Of a stretch of 64,000 bases of DNA, positions 57,601 through 64,000 are shown piece after piece. The position numbers were made by a program, and so were the translations under genes. The stretch is taken from the NCBI GenBank assembly GCA_049510745.1, contig JBEKYR010000007.1, forward strand, positions 32,001 through 96,000. The letters run 5' to 3'. The notes under the pieces are model-generated. The model was not told the DNA's origin, searched no databases, and worked only from the letters and a program-made list of their open reading frames with translations. The stretch's first letter is position 1; every line of letters starts with the position of its first letter. Source of the stretch: Verrucomicrobiota bacterium (lineage in GTDB: Bacteria; Verrucomicrobiota; Verrucomicrobiia; Limisphaerales; Palsa-1400).

Positions 57601-60295
57601 CGTCCGCCGCCAATCCGATCGGATCTCCCAAATAGGCGTTCGTTGCATTTTGGCCAACGAAGCCGCTTTCGTATCCGCCGCCGGCGACGGTCGTGATAAT
57701 TCCGTTGGTTGACACCCGCCGGATGCGCCTGTTCTCTCCATCTGCTATGAACAAATTGCCGTAAATATCCAAAACGACGTCGTAAGGGTGGAAAAGCGAA
57801 GTGTTGGTGGCTGCAACGCCATCGCCGGAGTAGCCATCCTTTCCGTTTCCGGCCACAGTGGAAATAATGCCGTTGGTCCCGACTTCGCGGATGCGATTGT
57901 TCCCGGAATCGGCAATAAAAAGATCGCCACTGCCGTCAAGCGCCACGCCCGAGGGGACGTTGAGCTTGGCGCTGGTTGCCGGACCGCCGTCGCCCGCGTA
58001 GCTTCCCACGCTCGGGTAACTGGGGCCGCTTCCGGCAACGGTGGTAATGATCCCGTTAGTGGCAACCTTCCTGATCCGGTTGTTGTAGGTGTCGGCAATG
58101 AAAAGCTGGCCCGTCGCGTCCACCGCCACGGACTCGGGCGCATAGAGCCGGGCGTTGGTCGCCTGGCCGGCGTCGCCGGTGTAGCCGTTGGTTAGGTACC
58201 CGGCAAAAGTCGTAATGATGCCATTGGTATTGACCTTGCGGATGCGGTCATTGTCAGTGTCAGCAATAAACAGGTTTCCGAGAGCGTCCGCGGCCACTCC
58301 ATCAGGCATGTTCAGGCTGGCGTTGGTCCCCTGGCCGCCATCGCCGGAATACCCGCGCCTGCCCTTTCCCGCCACCGTGGTAATAATGCCGGCGGCATTC
58401 ACCTTGCGGATGCAATTGGTTCCGAAGTCGGCGATAAAGACGTTGCCGTGTGTGTCCACGCTGAGATGGGCGGGGTTCGTTAATTCGGCGTTGGTCGCCG
58501 GCACTCCGTCACCGCTATAGCCCGCCGCGCTGGAGCCTGCGAACAGCGTGATAATATGGTTGGGCAGATTGGTCCCATTGAACTGCCATTGGTAGGTGAA
58601 AGGGCCTGTGCCGGAAACCGCGACGTCGAACGTGGCGCTGCTCCCGAGGAGGTTTGTCTGGTTCGACGGTTGAACGACAAGGGCGGGCGAATATCCGACC
58701 GCCAGCGTCGCCACGCTGCTGGTGACGCTGCCATACGCATTGGTAATGACGACGGAATAGGAGCCTTGATCCGAAAGCTCAGTTGGGTCCAAGGACAACG
58801 TCGCCGTCTGCGATCCGTTGATGCGGCTGCCATCGATTATGTTCGTCCTATCGAGTTCCCATTGGCAGATCAGTGGCGGGGTTCCAATCGCCACCACCGT
58901 GAGACTATTGCTGCTCCCCACGATCACCATGCTGCTTGACGGTTGAGTTGTAATGGCGGGCGATGAGAGAACGTTTAGTGTCGCGACAGTACTGGTGACG
59001 CTTCCCGCGACCGACGTGATAATCACCTCATAAGATCCTTCATCAGCCCACGTGACGCTGTTGAGCAAAAGCCCTGGCCACCAACCGACCGCGCGGATGC
59101 GCATGTTGCTCTGATCGGCAATAAACACGTTGCCGACGGTGTCCACTATCACGCCTGATGGATAGTTCAGCGCCGCGGCAGTCGCCGGTCCGCCGTCGCC
59201 ATAGTAGGCGCGATTCTCGTTTCCCGCCACGGTGGAAATGATGCCATTGGTCCCTACTTTGCGGATACGGCTGTCGATAGAATCCGCAATATAAAGATTG
59301 CCGGCCCCATCCACAGCGACCCCCACTGGATTATCCAAGGCGGTATTGGTAGCCGGCACGTCATTCCCGTAAATGAGGCCGCCATTGCCGGCGACCGTTT
59401 CGATAATGCCGTTGGTACCGACTTTTCGGATGCGGGAGTTATCAGTATCAGCAATGAAGAGATTGCCATAGGCGTCCACGGCCACGCCATAGGGATTGCT
59501 CAACCCGGCATTGGTAGCAGGGCCGCCATCGCCCGAGAAATCTATGTCCCCGAAACCTGGTGGGCTACTGCCTGCGACAGTCGTGATGACGCCGCCGGTC
59601 GTGAACGCTCTGATTCGATTGTTGCCCGTATCCGCTATGAACAGGTTGCCGTTGGGGTCCATTGCAATGGCCGAGGGAACGCTGAATTCCGCGTTCGTGG
59701 CCGCGCCGCCATCGCCGGAAAAGCCGTTGGTGGTCGTCCCCGCCACTGTTAAGATAATCCCATTGGTCAACACCTCGCGCACGCAATTATTACCCGTATC
59801 CGCAATAAACAGGTTGCCGAAACCGTCCACCACCACGCCCGCCGGGCCGTTGAGTTCGGCGTTGGTCGCTGCGCCGCCGTCACCGCAATAGCCGTTGGTG
59901 CCATTGCCCGCAAAGGTGGAGATAAGCCCGTTGGACCCGACCTTGCGAATGCAACCGTTGCCGGAATCCGCGATGTAGAGATTGCCGGATGCATCGCGGG
60001 TGAGGCCTGAAGGCAAGTTCAAACTGGCATTGGTGGACTGATCGCCGTCACCGGAATAGCCCTCTGTCCCATCACCTCCAACTGTCATGATGGTCTGCGG
60101 CAGGTTGGCGCCGTCAAATTGCCATTCATAACCCAATGGACCGGTGCCGGAAACGGCCACGGTCAGCATCGCGTTGCTGCCGGCAAAAACGGTCTGGTTG
60201 GTGGGTTGTTGTGTAATCGCGGGCGTCGATTGCCCGCGCGCCATTCCCGCCGCAAAGAGCCACAAGCCAAAAAGGGTGAGGATTGTCCTTTTCAT
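54686..60295 (-). CDS. Large secreted NHL-repeat/Ig-domain surface protein
   Basis: Signal peptide; many GDGG.ATNA.L..P.GVAVD..GNLFIAD..N.RIR units; Ig motifs YQWQF.GTNL and GNYDVIVT..YGSVTS; C-terminal FYR domain. Confidence 0.93.
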   Translation of the reverse strand: MKRTILTLFGLWLFAAGMARGQSTPAITQQPTNQTVFAGSNAMLTVAVSGTGPLGYEWQFDGANLPQTIMTVGGDGTEGYSGDGDQSTNASLNLPSGLTRDASGNLYIADSGNGCIRKVGSNGLISTFAGNGTNGYCGDGGAATNAELNGPAGVVVDGFGNLFIADTGNNCVREVLTNGIILTVAGTTTNGFSGDGGAATNAEFSVPSAIAMDPNGNLFIADTGNNRIRAFTTGGVITTVAGSSPPGFGDIDFSGDGGPATNAGLSNPYGVAVDAYGNLFIADTDNSRIRKVGTNGIIETVAGNGGLIYGNDVPATNTALDNPVGVAVDGAGNLYIADSIDSRIRKVGTNGIISTVAGNENRAYYGDGGPATAAALNYPSGVIVDTVGNVFIADQSNMRIRAVGWWPGLLLNSVTWADEGSYEVIITSVAGSVTSTVATLNVLSSPAITTQPSSSMVIVGSSNSLTVVAIGTPPLICQWELDRTNIIDGSRINGSQTATLSLDPTELSDQGSYSVVITNAYGSVTSSVATLAVGYSPALVVQPSNQTNLLGSSATFDVAVSGTGPFTYQWQFNGTNLPNHIITLFAGSSAAGYSGDGVPATNAELTNPAHLSVDTHGNVFIADFGTNCIRKVNAAGIITTVAGKGRRGYSGDGGQGTNASLNMPDGVAADALGNLFIADTDNDRIRKVNTNGIITTFAGYLTNGYTGDAGQATNARLYAPESVAVDATGQLFIADTYNNRIRKVATNGIITTVAGSGPSYPSVGSYAGDGGPATSAKLNVPSGVALDGSGDLFIADSGNNRIREVGTNGIISTVAGNGKDGYSGDGVAATNTSLFHPYDVVLDIYGNLFIADGENRRIRRVSTNGIITTVAGGGYESGFVGQNATNAYLGDPIGLAADAYGNIFMTQSVVEPPRIAKVILQGPAFLVNNVAFNNAGNYDVIVTGPYGSVTSAVATLTVLYPPSITVQPASEAAGIGYSAAFTVTADGTDPLSYQWQFDGTNLSGATDSILTLTNVSTNEAGNYTVVVTNNYGSVTSAVAALTVGLAPVIDSEPASQTALAAGTASFTVAVSGTGPFTYQWQLNGVSFPNPVIITVAGEDTGGWATNTMLDDPCAVAMDAMGNLFVTDQYNNRICKVAVNGILTTVAGKVTYDSFGSYSGDGGAATSASLALPAAVAVDNLGNLFIADMLNNRIRQVNTNGIITTIAGNGKYGYFGDGGAGTNAELNGPSGVAVDIYGNLFIADSGNNCIRKLAANGIITTVAGNGTNGFSGDGGPAANALLSYPGGLALDASGNLFIADQYNQRIREVATNGIITTVAGDGGSGGYSGNGGPATNASLYYPTAVAVDASGSLFIADGNNSVIREVGTNGIITTVAGRGGVGGYSGDGGPAVNAELGYPQGLAVDSLGNVIIADTDNGRVRQTKVGGVINTVAGGGIGDGGAAVNACIREPIAVALDPSGNLLYCDVGNDLVREIRTNGITSTVAGNGSYGYTGNGGPATNATMSEPVAVAADNLGNLFIVDLENDVIRKVGTNGIITTAAGGGTNSSGNGVLATNASLSSPRGLAVNSLGNLFIADTSSNRIREVSASGSITTVAGTGAPGFSGDGGPATNATFHGPWGIAFDSSGNLFIADLGNSRIRQIGTNGLVATVAGNGTAGFSGDGGAATNAALNHPYAVAVDGFGNLFIADGGNFRVRKVANTGTITTLAGNGTEGFLGDGGWPVDAELALPIGVAVNAAGDVFIADMHNNRIREVLYQTPLLLLSNVTGGSAGMYDVVVTSPYGSVTSSIATLNVALPPLSAALGAGQGVQFQFTGTPGYSYVLQVAANLTPPVNWQPLVTNAADANGNWSFTDTNTANPDQFYRAMLITP

Positions 60296-60482
60296 GCTTG
60301 GGCTATCCTTGGGCAATTTCGTAGCTGCTTCAAGAAAGATCCAGTTGAAAAACGCACCATCCCTTGTCGTTTGAGGCGCAGAGGATAAGTAGGTTCAGGC
60401 GTCCTTCCGCAGCGCCTCGCTTCGTCGCCTTGGAATGTGACAGAGTTTAATTGAACGTGACAATCTGAATTGTCCGCGGACA

Positions 60483-61574
60483 CTAATTCAACAGGTTGTA
60501 CCAATTGTCCCGCTGGCGGGCCTCGTAGCCGAGTTCCTCGATCAGGCGCCGCATGTCCGCCACGCCCATGCGGTAAGTGGCGCCGGCCTGGGAAACCACG
60601 TTCTCTTCAATCATGATGCTGCCCAGGTCGTTGGCGCCGAATTGCAGCGCGATCTGGCCGATCTCCGGGCCTTGCGTGACCCACGAGCTTTGCACGCTGG
60701 GAAAATTGTCCAGGTAAATCCGGCTCAACGCCTGCGTGCGCAGGTATTCGTGCGCCCCGGCCGTCGGGGCCTTCAGCCGCGTGTGTTCGGCCTGGAACGT
60801 CCAGGCAATGAACGCCGTGAACCCTTTGCTTTTGTCCTGTTGCGCGCGCACCCGTTCCAGGTGCTCGATCCGGTCCTCGATCGTTTCGACGTGCCCGAAC
60901 ATCATCGTCGCCGTCGAGTTCAGCCCCAGGCGATGGGCCACGTCCATCACCTCCAGCCAGTCGTCGCTCATTGCTTTGAGCGGGGAAATGCGCCGGCGGA
61001 CGCGGTCCACCAGGATTTCCCCGCCGCCGCCCGGGATCGACCCCAGTCCCGCCCGCGCGAACCGGGAAATGATCTCCTCCAGCGGCAACCCGAAGACCTC
61101 GCGGAAATGGACGAATTCACTCGGGCTGAAGCCGTGGATGTTGACGGCGGGGAACTTGTGTTTTATATGCGACAGCAAATCGAGGTACCATTGCAGGGAA
61201 AGCTTCGGGTGATGGCCGCCTTGGAGGAGGATCTGGGTTCCGCCCAGGGCGAGGGTCTCCTCGATTTTGCGGTCCATTTCCTTCAGCGAGATGACGTAGG
61301 CGCCGGCGTCCTGCTCCGTGCGGTAGAAGGCGCAGAATTTGCAATAGACATTGCAGACATTGGTATAGTTGACGTTGCGGTCAACGATGTAGGTGACGAT
61401 CCGGTTGCCGCGGCCCTGGTGGGCGGCGGCGCGGGCCAGTTGGCGCCGGCGATGGGCCAGCATCCCCAGTTCCTCCAGTGGCAGGCGGCAGAGCCGGAGG
61501 GCCTCGTCCTGATCGACGCGCCCGCCGTTCCAGACCTTTTGCAGCAGGTCATCCGATGGCAATTCGCAAGTCAT
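60483..61574 (-). CDS. mqnC: Cyclic dehypoxanthinyl futalosine synthase (radical SAM)
   Basis: VTYIVDRNVNYTNVCNVYCKFCAFYR, GGTQILLQGG, SIPGGGGEIL, GANDLGSIMIEENVVSQAG. Confidence 0.88.
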   Translation of the reverse strand: MTCELPSDDLLQKVWNGGRVDQDEALRLCRLPLEELGMLAHRRRQLARAAAHQGRGNRIVTYIVDRNVNYTNVCNVYCKFCAFYRTEQDAGAYVISLKEMDRKIEETLALGGTQILLQGGHHPKLSLQWYLDLLSHIKHKFPAVNIHGFSPSEFVHFREVFGLPLEEIISRFARAGLGSIPGGGGEILVDRVRRRISPLKAMSDDWLEVMDVAHRLGLNSTATMMFGHVETIEDRIEHLERVRAQQDKSKGFTAFIAWTFQAEHTRLKAPTAGAHEYLRTQALSRIYLDNFPSVQSSWVTQGPEIGQIALQFGANDLGSIMIEENVVSQAGATYRMGVADMRRLIEELGYEARQRDNWYNLLN

Positions 61575-61640
61575 GCAATTCCGTTCAGTTTGCCGTCTGC
61601 GCAGCCAAAGTGCAATCGCTCGATCAGGGTTGCGTGTTCT

Positions 61641-61777
61641 CGGGTGCATTTCAGATTTCTGGGTTCCCCTCCTAATCTTGCTCCTAATCTTAATCTCTTC
61701 GCCCTCCTGCATTCGGATTAAGAGCAAGATTACGATTACGATTAAGCAAATCAACCCAAAAATGTGAAATACACCCG
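61641..61777. mobile_element. MITE-like 137-bp element with 25-bp terminal inverted repeats and internal inverted hexamer arrays
   Basis: CGGGTGCATTTCAGATTTCTGGGTT vs rc CGGGTGTATTTCACATTTTTGGGTT (22/25); no TSD seen. Confidence 0.65.
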
Positions 61778-61838
61778 CGCGCGCCGACGGCCACGCCGCG
61801 CTTGCCGAAAGCCGTCCGCCAAGGCATGTAATATCCCC

Positions 61839-62609
61839 ATGCGTCTCACGAGCGGCCTCAATCTCTCGCTCTGCCTGGCGACGGCCCTGATCGCCACGGC
61901 GGGACACGCCGCCACCGTCACGGTCTTCGCGGCGGCCAGCTTGACGGATTGTCTCAGGCAAATCGCCTCGGAGCACGAGCGGCGGACCGGGGACAAAATC
62001 ACGCTCAACTTCGCCGGCTCGAGCCTGCTGGCGCGGCAAATCGAGGAAGGCGCGCCGGCCGATATTTTCTTCTCCGCGGACGAATCGTGGATGGATGAAT
62101 TGGAGAAAAAGGGCCTGCTCCTCAAGGGCACCCGCCGGAGCCGGCTCTCCAATTCGCTGGTCATTATCGTGGCCAGGGACAGCCCGCTCGCCCTGGTTTC
62201 GCCGCGCGACTTGGCCAAACCGTCCGTCGCCCGCATCGCCCTGGCCGATCCGCAGGCCGTTCCGGCGGGGAAGTACGCCCGGCAGTTTTTGGAAAAGGAA
62301 AACCTTTGGGCCACTCTCCAAGCCAAGGTCGTGCCGACCGGCAATGTGCGCGGGGCCTTGGCGGCGGTGGAGTCCGGCGATGTCGAGGCGGCCATTGTCT
62401 ATAAGACCGACGCGGCCATATCGAAGCGGGTGAAAGTGGCTTATGAAGTGCCGTCAAGCGGCGGCCCCACGATCAGTTATCCAATGGCGGTGCTCAGCGG
62501 AACGAGGGAGCCGGCGGCGGCGAAACGATTCCTGGAATATCTCAACTCGCCATCGGCCGGGCGGGTCTTCGCGCAATTCGGCTTCATTGTTCGCGGCGAG
62601 GAGCGATGA
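61839..62609 (+). CDS. modA: Molybdate ABC transporter substrate-binding protein
   Basis: VFAAASL, FAGSSLLARQIEEGAPADIFFSAD, VPAGKYA, VYKTDA. Confidence 0.96.
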   Translation: MRLTSGLNLSLCLATALIATAGHAATVTVFAAASLTDCLRQIASEHERRTGDKITLNFAGSSLLARQIEEGAPADIFFSADESWMDELEKKGLLLKGTRRSRLSNSLVIIVARDSPLALVSPRDLAKPSVARIALADPQAVPAGKYARQFLEKENLWATLQAKVVPTGNVRGALAAVESGDVEAAIVYKTDAAISKRVKVAYEVPSSGGPTISYPMAVLSGTREPAAAKRFLEYLNSPSAGRVFAQFGFIVRGEER

Positions 62610-63271
62610 CAGCGGAATGGCAAATTGTCTGGTTCACCGCCTGGGTGTCCGCGTTGAGCACGCTGCTGATCCTGCCGTTTGGCCTGGCGCTGGCCTGGCT
62701 GCTGGCGCGTTATGACTGGCCGGGAAAATCGCTGGTGGAAACCCTCGTCACCCTGCCTCTAGTCATGCCCCCCGTGGCGACGGGATTGATTCTGCTCAAG
62801 GTCCTGGGCCGGCACGGGCTGATTGGACGGTTCTTTCACGACACACTGCGCCTGGACATCGCGTTCACCTGGCGCGCCGTGCTGGCGGCGTTGGCCGTGA
62901 TGTCCTTTCCCCTGCTGGTGCTCTCGACGCGCGTGGCTTTTGAACAAGTCAATCCGCGCCTCGAGCAAATTGCGCGCACGCTGGGGGCGGGGGAGTTGCG
63001 GGTGTTTTTTTCCATCACCGTTCCGCTGGCCCGGCGCGGCATCATCGGCGGGATGATCCTGGCCTTCGCGCGGGCCTTGGGCGAATTCGGGGCCACCATC
63101 ATGGTGGCCGGCAACATCCCGGGACAGACGGCCACGCTGTCCCTTTCCATTTACGAATCGGTCCAACTCGGCCAGGACGCCGCCGCGTTCCGGCTGCTGG
63201 GCATTTCGGTCGCGCTCGCGTTTGGCGCGGTCTGGACCAGCCTCTGGTTCCTGCGCCTCGGGCGGAAATGA
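62606..63271 (+). CDS. modB: Molybdate ABC transporter permease
   Basis: LPLVMPPVATG, ARTLGA, FARALGEFGATIMVAGNIPG. Confidence 0.96.
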   Translation: MTAEWQIVWFTAWVSALSTLLILPFGLALAWLLARYDWPGKSLVETLVTLPLVMPPVATGLILLKVLGRHGLIGRFFHDTLRLDIAFTWRAVLAALAVMSFPLLVLSTRVAFEQVNPRLEQIARTLGAGELRVFFSITVPLARRGIIGGMILAFARALGEFGATIMVAGNIPGQTATLSLSIYESVQLGQDAAAFRLLGISVALAFGAVWTSLWFLRLGRK

Positions 63272-63272
63272 A

Positions 63273-63983
63273 ATGAAACTCCTGCTCCGACGCATCTCCC
63301 TCCCGCTGGCGGACTTCGTGCTCGAAGTCGATGTCGAACTGCAAAGCCAGGTCACGGCCATTTTTGGCGCCTCCGGCGCGGGGAAGACTTCGCTGCTGGA
63401 TTTGATCGCGGGGCTGCGCCAGCCCGCCTCGGCCCTGATTCAACTGGAGGAGCGGGTGCTGACGGACACGGCGCGGGCCGAGGCGCTGCCGCCGCGCAGC
63501 CGGCAAATCGGCTACGTGCCGCAGGACCTGGCGCTTTTCCCGCATCTGTCCGTGCGGCAAAATCTTCTTTACGGGCAGAAGCGCGCGCCGGGGGAGGGAT
63601 CGCTCTTCAGTTTCGAGCACGTGGCCGGGGTATTGGAAATCGGGCCTCTGGCCGGGCGCGGCGTGACCGGCTTGTCCGGCGGCGAAAAGCAGCGGGTGGC
63701 GCTGGCGCGGGCCTTGTTGACCTCGCCCAAACTGCTCTTGCTGGACGAGCCGCTGGCCAGCCTGGATGAGGCCCTGAAGGCGAAAATCATCCCCTACCTT
63801 TTGCGCGTGCGGGAAGAATTCCGGGTGCCGATGCTCTATGTGAGCCACGACCGGCGCGAGGTCCAGGCGCTGTGCGACGAAGTGCTCGAATTGGCGCGCG
63901 GAAAAGTCATCCGCCGCGCCTCGCGCGAGGCCTGGCGCGCCAACGGGAACGGCGTGACCGATCAGGGGGCGGCATCGCAGTAG
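63273..63983 (+). CDS. modC: Molybdate ABC transporter ATP-binding protein
   Basis: GASGAGKTS, LFPHLSVRQNL, LSGGEKQRV, LLLDEP, YVSHD. Confidence 0.93.
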   Translation: MKLLLRRISLPLADFVLEVDVELQSQVTAIFGASGAGKTSLLDLIAGLRQPASALIQLEERVLTDTARAEALPPRSRQIGYVPQDLALFPHLSVRQNLLYGQKRAPGEGSLFSFEHVAGVLEIGPLAGRGVTGLSGGEKQRVALARALLTSPKLLLLDEPLASLDEALKAKIIPYLLRVREEFRVPMLYVSHDRREVQALCDEVLELARGKVIRRASREAWRANGNGVTDQGAASQ

Positions 63984-64000
63984 GAAGCCCCAAATGTCAG

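Noticed and set aside
61780..61838. ModE box or Moco riboswitch upstream of modA
   Set aside because: No TATAT-N7-TAYAT-like box or recognisable aptamer
61575..62321. N-terminal extension of the 612-aa mqnC ORF
   Set aside because: Runs antisense through modA and the MITE-like element; homology starts at ATG 61574

Overview
GC-rich bacterial chromosome segment, most likely Verrucomicrobiota (Pedosphaerales/subdivision-3-like). This taxonomy is inferred from a prepilin H-X9-DG-type protein, a TIGR02999-type ECF sigma plus Ser/Thr kinase pair, and large Ig/NHL surface proteins. Housekeeping content: TPP riboswitch-thiC, bioF-bioA, pgk-tpiA-secG, rplU-rpmA-obgE-ychF, PNP, Nif3, speA, mqnC, modABC. 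Accessory content: (i) a decaying conflict/defence-like islet at 1.3-4.1 kb (dual-OB protein, two DUF488 genes, three gene remnants); (ii) two TA modules flanking thiC; (iii) a four-helix-bundle gene embedded in 10-bp-period inverted arrays; (iv) a xylan/pentose cluster followed by a surface protein-ECF sigma-Ser/Thr kinase module, in which the kinase carries an inserted duplicated Ig/lectin-like module and a TGRCGGG-N16-CGCA motif occurs three times in promoter positions; (v) a pilin-like gene with a sigma54-type promoter; (vi) a secreted protein with a ~910-residue 36-aa-repeat helical rod between three homologous domains; (vii) an OLD-like ATPase with a degenerate TOPRIM domain; (viii) MITE-like inverted-repeat elements. 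No rRNA, tRNA, CRISPR array, integrase or transposase was recognised. All family calls come from motif recognition by eye, not database searches.
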